From contig JBIIWZ010000010.1 in NCBI GenBank assembly GCA_044338665.1, positions 4,447 through 68,446 on the forward strand: a stretch of 64,000 bases of DNA. The letters are read 5' to 3'. The position numbers and the translations under genes were made by a program. Origin of the DNA: Flavobacteriales bacterium (GTDB taxonomy: Bacteria > Bacteroidota > Bacteroidia > Flavobacteriales_D > Sanyastnellaceae). Shown piece after piece: positions 11,346-22,244 of the stretch (position 1 is its first letter; each line of letters starts with the position of its first letter). The notes beneath the pieces were generated by a model. The model did not search any database. It was not told where the DNA came from and saw only the letters and a program-made list of their open reading frames with translations.

Positions 11346-13283
11346 ATGTCGACATTCACTCCAGGCCCTCTACTCGCTCAATTCGATAATCCCATTGCCC
11401 TTCGCAATGGCTTAAAAGACGAGCAACTCAAACAATTGTGTACAGAACTTCGTCAGTACATTGTTGACATTGTTTCTGAAAAAGGCGGACACTTCGGAGC
11501 AAGTTTAGGTGTGGTTGAAATGACCGTTGCTCTTCATTACGTTTTCGAAACACCCTACGATCAATTGATTTGGGACGTTGGGCACCAGGCATACGGACAT
11601 AAAATCTTAACGGGAAGAAGAGACAATTTCCACACAAATAGAATTTACAAAGGTCTTTCGGGTTTCCCGAAAAGAAGCGAAAGCGAATACGATACGTTTG
11701 GAGTTGGACACAGTTCCACTTCAATCTCTGCAGCCATTGGAATGGCAGTTGCTAGCAAAGTGAAAGAAGAAAAAGACCGCCAAGTTATTGCCGTTATTGG
11801 CGATGGAGCCATGACTGCAGGTCTCGCCTTCGAAGGTCTGAACCACGGTTCTACAGCGGATTGCAACGTGCTTGTTGTGTTGAACGACAATTGCATGAGC
11901 ATTGACCCGAATGTGGGTGCGTTGAAAGAATACTTAACAGACATCACTACTTCACACACGTACAATAAAGTGAAAGACGATGTGTGGCAGTTGTTGGGAA
12001 AGGTTTCGAAATTCGGACCGAACGCGCAACACATTGCACACAAAATTTCTGAAGCACTGAAAGGCACGTTAATCAAAGAAAGTAATTATTTCGAATCGTT
12101 GAAGTGGAGATACTTCGGTCCAATTGACGGGCACGATGTGGACTATATGGTGAAGGTGATGCGCGATTTGAAAGACATTCCTGGTCCAAAAATTTTGCAC
12201 TGTGTTACGAAGAAAGGAAAAGGCTACGCTCCAGCAGAGGCGGGCTCTCCAACGAAGTGGCACGCACCTGGACTCTTCAACAAAGAGACCGGAGAAATTG
12301 TAAAAGTGGTTCCGAAAAATCCACAACCGCCGTTGTACCAAGATGTATTCGGACATACCATTATTGAATTAGCAGAGAAGAACGAAAAGATAGTAGGGGT
12401 TACTCCTGCCATGCCAAGTGGTTGTTCATTGAAACTGATGATGGAGGCTATGCCGAAGCGTGCCTTCGACGTAGGAATTGCAGAGCAGCACGCGGTTACT
12501 TTTTCTGCGGGAATGGCTACGCAAGGACTTGTTCCTTTCTGTAATATTTATTCAAGCTTCATGCAACGCGCCTATGACCAAGTCATTCATGACGTTGCCA
12601 TTCAAAAATTAAATGTAGTTTTCTGTTTAGATCGCGGTGGATTGGTTGGTGCCGATGGCCCTACACACCACGGAGCCTATGACCTTGCTTACATGCGCTG
12701 CATTCCAAACATGGTCGTTTCAAGCCCAATGAACGAAAGTGAATTGCGCGATTTGATGTTCACCGGACAGCTTCCAGACCAAGGTCCGTTTAGCATTCGT
12801 TATCCGAGAGGTAACGGTGTTCTAACCGACTGGAAAACACCTATGAAAGAAATTAAAGTAGGTACTGGAAGGAAGATAAAATCAGGAGACGACGTTGCTA
12901 TTTTAACGATAGGTCCAATTGGAAATTATGCTGTGAAGGCATGCGAAGCATTAGCAGATCAAGGCATTTCAGCAGCACATTACGACATGCGTTTCGCGAA
13001 ACCAATTGATGAATTAATGCTTCATGAAGTCTTCGGAAAATTCAAACATGTGATTACCGTAGAAGACGGATGTGTTCAAGGTGGAATGGGCAGTGCAGTA
13101 ATTGAATTCATGGCCGATAACGGTTACACCTCTCAAGTGAAGCGTCTGGGAATTCCTGATCAATACATAGAACACGGAACACAAGATCAGCTCTATGCAG
13201 AATGCGGTTACGATGTAGCTGGAATGGTTCGCACAGCAGTGGAATTGGTTGGAAAAGAAGCAGCACAATCTTTAGGAGCGTGA
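11346..13283 (+). CDS. dxs: 1-deoxy-D-xylulose-5-phosphate synthase
   Basis: ATG at 11346. Contains [19 protein letters not shown] (ThDP motif) and [13 protein letters not shown]. Confidence 0.97.
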   Translation: MSTFTPGPLLAQFDNPIALRNGLKDEQLKQLCTELRQYIVDIVSEKGGHFGASLGVVEMTVALHYVFETPYDQLIWDVGHQAYGHKILTGRRDNFHTNRIYKGLSGFPKRSESEYDTFGVGHSSTSISAAIGMAVASKVKEEKDRQVIAVIGDGAMTAGLAFEGLNHGSTADCNVLVVLNDNCMSIDPNVGALKEYLTDITTSHTYNKVKDDVWQLLGKVSKFGPNAQHIAHKISEALKGTLIKESNYFESLKWRYFGPIDGHDVDYMVKVMRDLKDIPGPKILHCVTKKGKGYAPAEAGSPTKWHAPGLFNKETGEIVKVVPKNPQPPLYQDVFGHTIIELAEKNEKIVGVTPAMPSGCSLKLMMEAMPKRAFDVGIAEQHAVTFSAGMATQGLVPFCNIYSSFMQRAYDQVIHDVAIQKLNVVFCLDRGGLVGADGPTHHGAYDLAYMRCIPNMVVSSPMNESELRDLMFTGQLPDQGPFSIRYPRGNGVLTDWKTPMKEIKVGTGRKIKSGDDVAILTIGPIGNYAVKACEALADQGISAAHYDMRFAKPIDELMLHEVFGKFKHVITVEDGCVQGGMGSAVIEFMADNGYTSQVKRLGIPDQYIEHGTQDQLYAECGYDVAGMVRTAVELVGKEAAQSLGA

Positions 13284-14089
13284 TAAATTCTTCCAACGAA
13301 CAAATTCTTCATTACTCTATTTTCAATCACGACAGCTCGAATGAATGGGTAACCTTCATTCACGGAGCCGGCGGTAGCAGTGCCATCTGGTTCAAACAGA
13401 TTCGCGCATTTCAAAAACACTTCAACGTTTTACTCATCGATCTACGCGGTCACGGACAATCGAAAAATGTTCGTCCGCTTAAAAAAGAAAAATATAACTT
13501 CGAAGAAATAGGCAACGAAGTCATTGAAGTGCTTGAACATTTGAAAATCAAATGCACCCACTTCGTTGGAATTTCCATGGGAACCATTGTCATTCGTGAC
13601 ATTAGCGAACGCGCAACAACACTCGTGAAATCAATGATACTGGCCGGAGCTACCATGAAGTTGAATGTTCGCGGACAGTTTCTCATGCGATTTGGCGACA
13701 CTTTCAAGTCGCTAATTCCTTATCTCATCCTTTACAGACTTTTCGCCTTCATTATTATGCCGAAAAAAAGCAATTCGGAAGCGCGAAACTTATTCATTCA
13801 AGAAGCGAAAAAACTCGAGCAAACCGAATTCAAAAAGTGGTTCGGATTAGTTACTCAAGTGAATCCGCTCCTTTCTTCCTTCCGAAAAAAAGAAACCACC
13901 GCAAAGACGCTCTACGTCATGGGCGCAGAAGACCATATGTTTCTTCCTTCCATAAAAAAACTCGCTTTGCGATTCTCTTCCTCTGAACTCATCGTTGTTC
14001 CCAACAGCGGTCATGTGGTGAATATTGAGAAGCCGGTGGAGTTTAATGAAATCTGTATTTCGTTTTTGAGTAATAACTCAAAGATCTAA
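13280..14089 (+). CDS. alpha/beta hydrolase
   Basis: HGAGGSS, GISMGT nucleophile elbow, and a SGH catalytic His region. The start is placed at a GTG that overlaps the dxs stop (GTGA); the start is uncertain. Confidence 0.75.
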   Translation: MINSSNEQILHYSIFNHDSSNEWVTFIHGAGGSSAIWFKQIRAFQKHFNVLLIDLRGHGQSKNVRPLKKEKYNFEEIGNEVIEVLEHLKIKCTHFVGISMGTIVIRDISERATTLVKSMILAGATMKLNVRGQFLMRFGDTFKSLIPYLILYRLFAFIIMPKKSNSEARNLFIQEAKKLEQTEFKKWFGLVTQVNPLLSSFRKKETTAKTLYVMGAEDHMFLPSIKKLALRFSSSELIVVPNSGHVVNIEKPVEFNEICISFLSNNSKI

Positions 14090-14346
14090 CGAAGGTGTTT
14101 TACAAGGTTCTTCGAAAGGTCTACGAAGGTGTTTTACAAGGTTCTTCGAAAGGTCTACGAAGGTGTTTTACAAGGTCTTTCAGAAGGTCTACGAAGGTGT
14201 TTTACAAGGTCTTTCAGAAGGTCTACGAAGGTGTTTTACAAGGTCTTTCAGAAGGTCTACGAAGGTGCGTTGCAAGGACGCTTCGCGTAGCGACCTTCCT
14301 CAGGACCTTTCGTAGAACCTTGTAACGCGCCTTCGAAGAATCTTCC
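14089..14346 (+). repeat. backbone AAGGT/ACCTT hairpin repeat with 5 tandem 34-bp units (E6)
   Basis: gaaggtgttttacaaggt(t/c)(c/t)ttc(g/a)(a/g)aaggtctac starts at 14091, 14125, 14159, 14193 and 14227 (period 34). It is followed by the core gcaaggacgcttcgcgtagcgacctt, an ACCTT arm, and the end motif cttcgaagaatc. Confidence 0.85.
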
Positions 14347-14358
14347 TATATTTGAAAA

Positions 14359-16671
14359 ATGCGCTTCCGCCTTATCCTTCTCTTAACAATTCTTGCGACT
14401 TCGCTTTCAGCGCAGACATTAAAAATTCGCATTTTCGACGAAACCTCTCGTGAGCCCTTGCCCGGTGCAATGGTGTTCTCGAAGAAAGTTACCATTGGCG
14501 TTACAGATCTTTCAGGGACTACTAAATTGAATAAAGCCGATATTCTCGATTCAATTACCATTCGTCACATTGGTCATGCAGACAGCACATTGGCCATTAC
14601 AAATGCAATGTATGAAGCGGGTTTGAGCATCTTTTTGAAAGCACAAAGCTCTTCCACAGGAACGGTTGTTATTGGTTCATCACGCTACTTACAAGCGCTC
14701 GAATTGCAAACCCTAAGCATAGATGTCATTAAATCTACCGAACTCATTCAGCGTATTACTCCGGATTTAGCGAAGGCGGTTGAACGTTTGCCAGGATTGA
14801 CCATTATTGATGGACAAGCGAGTATTCGCGGGGGAAGTGGGTATGCCTTCGGTGCAGGGACGCGCGTGTTGCTTATCGTAGACAATCAGCCACTCATAAC
14901 AGCAGATCGCAACGACATTAAATGGAATTATGTTCCGCTCGAATTGGCCGAACAAATTGAAGTGGTGAAAGGCGCGTCGTCTGTGCAATACGGAAGTGCT
15001 GCATTGAACGGAGTGATTCATGTGCGCACTGCCTATCCCGGAAAAGAACCGGAAACATTTGTTTCAACCTTCGGAACCACCTACGACAAACCGCGCGATG
15101 CATCTATGGCTTGGTGGACGGGCAATCGCATTCCTTATCAAAGTGGATTGCAATTCCGTCACAAAGAGCGTTTGAAGAATGGAATTGATTTGGTTGTAGG
15201 TGGAAATGTATTGCGCAGTGTGGGCTGGTTGAACGGCGAATACGAAGACCGCGAACGTATCTCCTTCCGTACACGAAAAATTTGGAAGAACGGAAGAAGA
15301 AGCGCGGGTATAGATGGAAATGTCATGCATCAAAAACAAGGATTCTTTTTTATGTGGAAAGGAACCGGTGCCGACTCTTATTTACCCTACAGCGAAACCA
15401 CTTTGCTTAAGTTGAACGACCTGTGGGCCAACATAGATCCGTGGTTCACGGCCTTCGATAAAAAAGCAAACAAACACACGCTTCGCGGTAGATATTATTA
15501 CACCCTTCAAGTAGGCGGAAAAGACTGGTATCCGGCTACGAACTTGATAAGCGCCGATTACCAATTTCAACACAATACCCAATCGAAAGGAACCTTGGTT
15601 GCTGGATTGAGTGCTTCGCAATTCTTCTTCGACGATGGAAGTTTTGGTGGAAGACACGACGGGAATTTCGCGGGCACGTATGTTCAGTTCGATCAGCCGT
15701 GGAAGAAATTTCAGTTTAGCGCAGGGGCACGCATGGAGTTGTTTCGTTTGGATGCCATGGTTGTGCGTTCGCTTCCAGTGGGAAGAGCAGGCATAAACTA
15801 CGAAGCGGGTAAAAACACATTTCTTCGCGCTTCGTTCGGACAAGGATTTCGTTTCCCTTCTCCGGCCGAGCGATTCGTGAATACCAACCTTGATATTATT
15901 CGCGTTTATCCAAACCCAAATCTTCTGCCAGAACAGGGATGGGGTGCGGAAATTGGCGTGAAGCAAAAAATAAAAATTGGTGAGTGGAGCGCATCTGCAG
16001 ATGCTGCTCTTTTCTTAACACGATACAAAAATTTACTTGAGTTTTCTTTTGGTCTATGGGGCACTGAAAACGATCCGCTTATAGGATACGGATTCAAGAG
16101 CATTAACATTACCGAAGCGCAAATTGGAGGTATTGAACTTTCACTCAATGGCGACAGTTACATTGGAGATTGGAAGGTCAATCTCGGCGGAGGTTACACC
16201 TATATCTCTCCGGTTGACTTGGACATTGCACCTGAATTGAAATCGCTTATGCCCTATACGAAATACGCCATTCAATCTTTTGCTGCCGACGAACGCGGGC
16301 CAGAAACGCCTATCTTGAAATACCGTTACCGCCACATGGGCAAGTTCAACATAGACGCAGAATCGCCCGAAGGATTCACCATTGGTGCGGGAGTGCGGGC
16401 CTACAGCTATATGGAGAAAGTTGACTCTGTGTTCGTTGTGTTCGTCCCTGGATTGGCTCAATACAGAAAAGAAAATGGCGGGCCTTCAACCATACTAGAC
16501 ATCCGCGGAGGATACATGAAAAACGGACATCGCTTTACCCTTCAAATTACCAATCTTACGAATGCATTTGTAACCATTCGTCCTGCGAAGCCAGAGGCTC
16601 CGAGAGGGTTTATGATTCAATATGCCTTAACGCTCTCTAGAAAAAAGTCAAGATCAGAAATTGGTACGTGA
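14359..16671 (+). CDS. TonB-dependent receptor (carboxypeptidase-regulatory-like N-domain plus plug and barrel)
   Basis: 770 aa. Signal peptide MRFRLILLLTILATSLSAQ, plug motifs (IRGGSG, VVKGASSVQYGS), and a C-terminal aromatic-rich barrel. Confidence 0.85.
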   Translation: MRFRLILLLTILATSLSAQTLKIRIFDETSREPLPGAMVFSKKVTIGVTDLSGTTKLNKADILDSITIRHIGHADSTLAITNAMYEAGLSIFLKAQSSSTGTVVIGSSRYLQALELQTLSIDVIKSTELIQRITPDLAKAVERLPGLTIIDGQASIRGGSGYAFGAGTRVLLIVDNQPLITADRNDIKWNYVPLELAEQIEVVKGASSVQYGSAALNGVIHVRTAYPGKEPETFVSTFGTTYDKPRDASMAWWTGNRIPYQSGLQFRHKERLKNGIDLVVGGNVLRSVGWLNGEYEDRERISFRTRKIWKNGRRSAGIDGNVMHQKQGFFFMWKGTGADSYLPYSETTLLKLNDLWANIDPWFTAFDKKANKHTLRGRYYYTLQVGGKDWYPATNLISADYQFQHNTQSKGTLVAGLSASQFFFDDGSFGGRHDGNFAGTYVQFDQPWKKFQFSAGARMELFRLDAMVVRSLPVGRAGINYEAGKNTFLRASFGQGFRFPSPAERFVNTNLDIIRVYPNPNLLPEQGWGAEIGVKQKIKIGEWSASADAALFLTRYKNLLEFSFGLWGTENDPLIGYGFKSINITEAQIGGIELSLNGDSYIGDWKVNLGGGYTYISPVDLDIAPELKSLMPYTKYAIQSFAADERGPETPILKYRYRHMGKFNIDAESPEGFTIGAGVRAYSYMEKVDSVFVVFVPGLAQYRKENGGPSTILDIRGGYMKNGHRFTLQITNLTNAFVTIRPAKPEAPRGFMIQYALTLSRKKSRSEIGT

Positions 16672-16685
16672 GCGTTAGATGTTGC

Positions 16686-16873
16686 ACAAGGTCCTGTGGA
16701 AGGTGTGTTACAAGGTTCTTCGAAAGGTGTATCACAAGGTTCTTCGAAAGGTGCTTTGCAAGGACGCTTCGCGTAGCGACCTTCATCTGACCTTGCGTAG
16801 CACCTTCTGAAAGACCTTCATAGAACTTCGTAGACCTTCTGCAAGATCTTGTAACACACCTTTCGAAGAATCC
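16686..16873 (+). repeat. backbone AAGGT/ACCTT hairpin repeat (E7)
   Basis: The left arm has 24-nt units (aggtgtgttacaaggttcttcgaa). Core gcaaggacgcttcgcgtagcgaccttc. The right arm is roughly the reverse complement of the left, and the copy ends in ctttcgaagaatc. Confidence 0.85.
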
Positions 16874-16888
16874 TTATCTTTGAATCCC

Positions 16889-17464
16889 ATGTTTTTAGAA
16901 AACACCGTAAATAGAGGAAGAAGCGCCGGCTGGATTGAAGTCGTATGCGGATCTATGTTTTCTGGAAAAACCGAAGAATTGATTCGACGTTTAAAGCGTG
17001 CGGAATTTGCGAAGATGAACGTTGAAATTTTCAAACCGAAATTCGATATTCGCTACAGTGAAGAAGAAGTGGTGAGTCATGTAGGAACAACTATTCGCTC
17101 TACTCCTGTTGAACATTCCTCTCAAATATTATTGCTTGCTTCGACAGCAGAAGTGATTGGAATTGACGAAGCACAATTCTTCGACGATGGACTTCCGGAA
17201 GTGTGCAATCAATTGGCGAATATGGGTGTTCGAGTTATTGTCGCCGGATTGGATATGGATTACACAGGCAAGCCATTCGGGCCTATGCCGCATTTATTGG
17301 CCATTGCAGAATATGTAACGAAAGTTCATGCGATATGTGTTGAAACAGGGCAGCTTGCGCACTATTCGCATCGCATTATAGATGGGGACAAACAGGTGCA
17401 GCTCGGAGAAAAAGAATCTTATGCTCCGCTATCGAGAGCCGCGTTTGTGAAAAAGCAGAAATAA
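16889..17464 (+). CDS. tdk: thymidine kinase
   Basis: ATG at 16889. P-loop [20 protein letters not shown], and a C-terminal Zn-ribbon-like region. Confidence 0.95.
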   Translation: MFLENTVNRGRSAGWIEVVCGSMFSGKTEELIRRLKRAEFAKMNVEIFKPKFDIRYSEEEVVSHVGTTIRSTPVEHSSQILLLASTAEVIGIDEAQFFDDGLPEVCNQLANMGVRVIVAGLDMDYTGKPFGPMPHLLAIAEYVTKVHAICVETGQLAHYSHRIIDGDKQVQLGEKESYAPLSRAAFVKKQK

Positions 17465-17465
17465 A

Positions 17466-17489
17466 AAAGGGTCTCCGAAGAGACCCTTT
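17466..17489. terminator. bidirectional rho-independent terminator between convergent genes
   Basis: aaagggtctc-cgaa-gagacccttt with A/T runs on both sides. Confidence 0.6.
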
Positions 17490-17508
17490 CAAAATATTAA
17501 TTGAAATA

Positions 17509-17943
17509 TTATTTCGCCGAGTAGTGTACTTCGTAAGTTCCTCCGTTAGAATCTGACTGCTCTAACCACAATTCTTTGTTCGTTAAACGTAAGATTTTAG
17601 AAGAATCCATTTGGCCACTTCCATCGGTAACTTCTAAAGACGATTTGTCACTTGAGAAAGCCCATGTACCGCTAATAGATCCGTTTGTTGGAAATCCTAA
17701 GATTACAAAATCGTAAGAATACGTGTATGCACCATCCTTATCGAATATAAGGTCAACAGTTCCTCCGTTTGTAAGGCTAGTTGTGATATTTGTAGAACCT
17801 TGAAATGCCTCTGTCACTGTCCATGAACCAACTAAACGTGAAGTCTTAGAACGAAGTGAAAATCCAGGACCGTCTTCATATTTTCCACATGAAGCTAAAA
17901 AGACAACTGCAAATGCAGCGAAAAGAATTGATAGTTTTTTCAT
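17509..17943 (-). CDS. lipocalin-like lipoprotein, function unknown
   Basis: Lipobox FLASC. The beta-rich sequence with GSWTV resembles lipocalin-like domain proteins. Confidence 0.55.
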   Translation of the reverse strand: MKKLSILFAAFAVVFLASCGKYEDGPGFSLRSKTSRLVGSWTVTEAFQGSTNITTSLTNGGTVDLIFDKDGAYTYSYDFVILGFPTNGSISGTWAFSSDKSSLEVTDGSGQMDSSKILRLTNKELWLEQSDSNGGTYEVHYSAK

Positions 17944-17961
17944 TTTTCTAGTTATTAGTAA

Positions 17962-20574
17962 TTAGTGCGAATTTAATACAAAGTCGTTTGCCATTTGCAT
18001 AACTGCTGGCAATCCAGATTCATCGCTTCCTCCGGCCGTTGCGAAGAACGGTTGTCCGCCGCCGCCGCCTTTAATGGCCTTCGCCCATTCACGAACCAGC
18101 TGACCAGCATTCCATTTCTTATCGTTCACCAACGAATCGCTTAATGCTAATGATATGGTTGGCTTTCCGCCTTGCACATTCGCCAATAAAATAAATGCAT
18201 TTGGAATTTCCGATTTCAATTGGAAACAAATATCCTTGATCGCATTCGCGTCTAAATCTACTTGATCAATCAAGATATTCATTCCATTTTTCTCTTCGAA
18301 CTTCTCTTTCAACACGCCTTTCATTTGCATGGCTTTCTCGTGCTTCAGAGCGTCCAATTCTTTTTCCAACAAAGAAAATTTGCTTAACAAATCTTCTACT
18401 GCTTTGCTTGCGTTTTTGTTCTTCACCAACGAACGAACTGCTTCCAATTCGTTGCGCTCTTCTTCCAACAATGCATCTACCGCATCGGCTGTAATGGCTT
18501 CAATTCTTCGAATACCCGCAGCAACTGCAGCTTCCGATGTTATCTGGAATGAACGAATGTCGCTGGTCTTTTGAACGTGCGTTCCTCCACATAATTCAAC
18601 ACTGTTTCCGAATTGAATCACACGAACCGTTGATCCATATTTTTCACCAAACAACATCATGGCACCTTGTGCTTTCGCCTCGTCCATGGTTGCGTTTCTA
18701 TTTTCATTCAGTGGGAAAGCTGCGCGAATGCGGCTGTTCACCAATTGCTCCACTTGCTTCAATTCTTCATCTGTCATTTTCGCGAAATGCGAAAAGTCGA
18801 AACGCAAATAATCTGCATTCACCAACGATCCTTTTTGCTCTACGTGTGTTCCCAACACTTCACGCAATGCCTCGTGTAGCAAGTGCGTTACGCTGTGATT
18901 GCGTTGTGAGCTTTCGCGCTTCGTGCGATCTACAACCGCAGTAAAAGTTGCATTCACATTTTCCGGAAGTTGCTCTACAAAATGAACACTCAAGTTGTTT
19001 TCTTTCTTCGTGTCTATAACAGCAATACTCTCGTTAATGGTTTTCAAAACACCGGTGTCTCCCACTTGTCCGCCGCCTTCCGCATAGAAAGGCGTGTTGC
19101 TCAACACCAATTGAAAACTCTCTTTTCCTTTTGCTTTAATCTTTCTGTATTTCAGAATTTTCGTTTCGCATTCCAACGAATCGTATCCAACAAATGTTGG
19201 ATCTCCTGCTTGCAATTCAACCCAGTCGTCGGTCTCTAATTTAGTAGCGCTGCGACTGCGCTCTTTTTGCTTGGCGAGTTCTTCTTCGAATCCTGCAGCA
19301 TCCACGCCCACGACTTTTTCAGAAGCAATCAACGAGGTTAAATCGAAGGGAAATCCGAAAGTATCGTACAATTCAAAAACTGTTTTTCCATCTAACACTT
19401 CCGCACCTTTGCTCAGGTGATCGTCTAACAGTTGAATGCCTTTGTCGAGTGTGCGCAAGAAGCTTTCTTCTTCCTCGCGAATCACACGCTTCACTAAATC
19501 TTTGTTTGAAATAATTTCAGGGAAGAAACCGCCCATCTCTGCTGCAAGAACATCTACCAATTCAAAAATGAAAGGATCTTTTCTATTCAAGAAACTATAT
19601 CCATAACGAATGGCTCTGCGTAAGATTCTTCGAATCACATATCCCGCTCCACCGCTTGCAGGAAGTTGTCCGTCTGCAATAGAAAAAGAAACAGCGCGCA
19701 CGTGGTCTGCAATCACACGAATAGCAATGTCTTGTTTCGAATCGGTGCGCGTATAAGCAACACCAGATATTTTCGAAATACGCTCAATCAAAGGCGAGAA
19801 CACATCGGTGTCGTAGTTCGATTGTTTGCCTTGAAGGGCAACGCACAAACGCTCGAAGCCCATTCCAGTATCTACGTGTTTGTTTGGAAGGGGTTCTAGT
19901 TCTCCGCTCGATTTGCGATTGAATTGCATGAACACGTTGTTCCAAATTTCAATCACCTGCGGATGGCTATCGTTCACCAATATTTTTCCATCGACTTTCG
20001 CACGATCTTCGTCAGAGCGAATGTCAATGTGAATTTCGCTACACGGACCGCATGGACCCGTTTCGCCCATTTCCCAAAAATTGTCTTTTTTATTTCCTTT
20101 TAAAATTCTGTCTTCCGCAATGCAGCGTTTCCAGATGTCGAAAGCCTCTTGATCGAATTCCAACCCTTCTTTTTCATCGCCTTCGAAAACTGTTACGTAC
20201 AATCTGTCTTTTGGAAGTTTGTATACTTCAGTCAATAATTCCCATGCCCACGTGATAGCCTCTTCCTTGAAGTAATCTCCGAACGACCAGTTGCCTAACA
20301 TTTCGAACATGGTGTGGTGGTAGGTATCTACTCCAACCTCTTCCAAGTCGTTGTGCTTTCCGCTAACACGAAGACACTTCTGAGAGTTCGCAATTCGCTT
20401 GTGCTCTATTGTTCCGTGTCCAAGAAATAAATCTTTGAACTGATTCATTCCTGCGTTGGTGAACATAAGCGTAGGATCGCCCTTCACCACAATGGGTGCC
20501 GACGAAACAATGTGGTGACCTTTCGATTTGAAAAAGTCTAAAAAAGTTTGGCGAATCTCTTGAGCTGTCATCAT
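17962..20574 (-). CDS. alaS: alanine--tRNA ligase
   Basis: Trimmed to MMTAQEIRQTFLDFFKSKGH. Class II motifs are present, along with editing-domain HxxxH (HSVTHLLH) and CGGTH. Confidence 0.97.
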   Translation of the reverse strand: MMTAQEIRQTFLDFFKSKGHHIVSSAPIVVKGDPTLMFTNAGMNQFKDLFLGHGTIEHKRIANSQKCLRVSGKHNDLEEVGVDTYHHTMFEMLGNWSFGDYFKEEAITWAWELLTEVYKLPKDRLYVTVFEGDEKEGLEFDQEAFDIWKRCIAEDRILKGNKKDNFWEMGETGPCGPCSEIHIDIRSDEDRAKVDGKILVNDSHPQVIEIWNNVFMQFNRKSSGELEPLPNKHVDTGMGFERLCVALQGKQSNYDTDVFSPLIERISKISGVAYTRTDSKQDIAIRVIADHVRAVSFSIADGQLPASGGAGYVIRRILRRAIRYGYSFLNRKDPFIFELVDVLAAEMGGFFPEIISNKDLVKRVIREEEESFLRTLDKGIQLLDDHLSKGAEVLDGKTVFELYDTFGFPFDLTSLIASEKVVGVDAAGFEEELAKQKERSRSATKLETDDWVELQAGDPTFVGYDSLECETKILKYRKIKAKGKESFQLVLSNTPFYAEGGGQVGDTGVLKTINESIAVIDTKKENNLSVHFVEQLPENVNATFTAVVDRTKRESSQRNHSVTHLLHEALREVLGTHVEQKGSLVNADYLRFDFSHFAKMTDEELKQVEQLVNSRIRAAFPLNENRNATMDEAKAQGAMMLFGEKYGSTVRVIQFGNSVELCGGTHVQKTSDIRSFQITSEAAVAAGIRRIEAITADAVDALLEEERNELEAVRSLVKNKNASKAVEDLLSKFSLLEKELDALKHEKAMQMKGVLKEKFEEKNGMNILIDQVDLDANAIKDICFQLKSEIPNAFILLANVQGGKPTISLALSDSLVNDKKWNAGQLVREWAKAIKGGGGGQPFFATAGGSDESGLPAVMQMANDFVLNSH

Positions 20575-20638
20575 GCGCGCAAATTTACATCTCACAAGGG
20601 AAGAAGCGATTAAAAAAAGTGACGTAAATTCGCAAAGC

Positions 20639-21598
20639 ATGAAGAAATTCAAGTACAAATACTTTTTCAATCCGAATACCCTCAATTACGAGGCAATTAC
20701 GTATACCATTCGCGACTACGCATGGATTGTCACGCGCTATGTTTTGGCCGGTGTAGTTTTAGGCGGAATAGGAATTGTGCTTTACGCATCGTTCTTCAAA
20801 GACCCTGAAACCAATCAGCTCGAGAAAAAAATAAAATACCTCGAAACGCAAATTGAAACGTTCAATACTAAAATAGATACGCTTGAATTATTTGCAACTG
20901 ACTTAGAGCGCAGAGATGAAATGGTTTACAGATCCATCTTCGGCGCGGAGCCGTATGTGCGCAAATTCTCAGGATTATCTTCGAAAACGAATAATGATTT
21001 CGCATCTGACAATGATGTTCAAGAAACGATGTTCCGTATCAGGAAGCTGCAAGAAATGTTTGTGAGTCAGAGCAAGTCTTACGAAGAGATTTATTCATTG
21101 GCTCGCGGACAGGACGCTATGCTTCAGAGTATACCCGCTATTCAGCCTGTTTCGAACAAAGACTTGGAGCGCATTTCATCGGGATTTGGATATCGCATAC
21201 ACCCGATATATAAAGTTGCAAAACTTCACGCCGGTTTAGATTTCGCAGCTGATATCGGCACCGAAATTTATGCCACCGGAGACGGAATTGTTGAAAAAAC
21301 AGAAAGTGCATTAACGGGTTATGGAAATAGCGTTGTAATTGAGCATGGATACGGGTTTCAGACTCGATATGGACACATGAGCAAAATTATTATCGGTCAA
21401 GGGCAAAAAGTTAGAAGAGGCCAATTGATAGGGCTTGTGGGGAATACGGGGTCGTCTACCGGTCCTCACCTCCATTATGAAGTTATTAGAAATGGTGAAA
21501 AGGTAGATCCTGCGTTTTATTTTTACAACGATATTACGCCGGAGCAATACGAAGAGGTATTGCAGCGTGCTGCCAACGCCAACCAAAGTTTCGACTAA
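20639..21598 (+). CDS. M23 family peptidase with N-terminal membrane anchor and coiled coil
   Basis: Start at MKKFKYKYFFNP. Contains HAGLDFAA and GPHLHYEV motifs. Confidence 0.85.
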   Translation: MKKFKYKYFFNPNTLNYEAITYTIRDYAWIVTRYVLAGVVLGGIGIVLYASFFKDPETNQLEKKIKYLETQIETFNTKIDTLELFATDLERRDEMVYRSIFGAEPYVRKFSGLSSKTNNDFASDNDVQETMFRIRKLQEMFVSQSKSYEEIYSLARGQDAMLQSIPAIQPVSNKDLERISSGFGYRIHPIYKVAKLHAGLDFAADIGTEIYATGDGIVEKTESALTGYGNSVVIEHGYGFQTRYGHMSKIIIGQGQKVRRGQLIGLVGNTGSSTGPHLHYEVIRNGEKVDPAFYFYNDITPEQYEEVLQRAANANQSFD

Positions 21599-21600
21599 TT

Positions 21601-21930
21601 ATGTCTAAGACCTTCGAAATAGAAAAAATATATTACAGCATCTCTGAAGTTGCTGAAATGTTTGATGTGAACGCTTCTCTTTTACGTTTTTGGGAAAAAG
21701 AATTTCCGCAATTGCAACCGCGCAAGAACAGCAAGGGCAATCGCATGTATTCGAAGAAAGACATTGAGTTGTTCAAGAAGATTCACGAGTTGGTGCGTGT
21801 GCAAGGATTCACGCTGGAAGGCGCCAAGAACGCGCTTCGTCAGAAAGTAAGCGAGACCGATGGCGCAGCTATTCAAGCGCGTTTAATTCGCGTTCGTTCC
21901 GAGTTAGTTAGCATTTTAAGCAGTTTGTAA
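21601..21930 (+). CDS. MerR family transcriptional regulator
   Basis: YYSISEVAEMFDVNASLLRFWEKEF HTH. 109 aa with no effector domain. Confidence 0.85.
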   Translation: MSKTFEIEKIYYSISEVAEMFDVNASLLRFWEKEFPQLQPRKNSKGNRMYSKKDIELFKKIHELVRVQGFTLEGAKNALRQKVSETDGAAIQARLIRVRSELVSILSSL

Positions 21931-21962
21931 AAACAAACGAACGCGTGGCTTGTTTCTAAGTC

Positions 21963-22244
21963 ATGTTATCTGAAACAGACATTGATCGAATCATTGAAAT
22001 GGCGTGGGAAGACCGCACGCCATTCGACGCTATTACCGCGCAGTTCGGCGTTAGCGAAGCAGAAGTTATTGCGCTTATGCGCAAAGAAATGAAGGCCACT
22101 TCCTTCCGCATGTGGCGTGCCCGCGTGCAAGGAAGAGCCACGAAGCATGTGATGCTGCGCACGGAATCGCTGAACGACGACAGTCGCTTTAAATGCACCC
22201 GCCAGCGAAGCGTTTCCAACAATAAAATTTCCAAAAGGAAATGA
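21963..22244 (+). CDS. TIGR03643/DUF2805 family protein
   Basis: IIEMAWEDRTPFDAI...FRMWR pattern. Overlaps the downstream photolyase-family gene, as is usual for this family. Confidence 0.7.
   Translation: MLSETDIDRIIEMAWEDRTPFDAITAQFGVSEAEVIALMRKEMKATSFRMWRARVQGRATKHVMLRTESLNDDSRFKCTRQRSVSNNKISKRK

Noticed and set aside
14091-14260. Five exact-period 34-bp tandem repeats, considered as a possible CRISPR array.
   Set aside because: The units are contiguous with no unique spacers. They are part of the AAGGT/ACCTT hairpin element found at other loci. No cas genes are present in the window.
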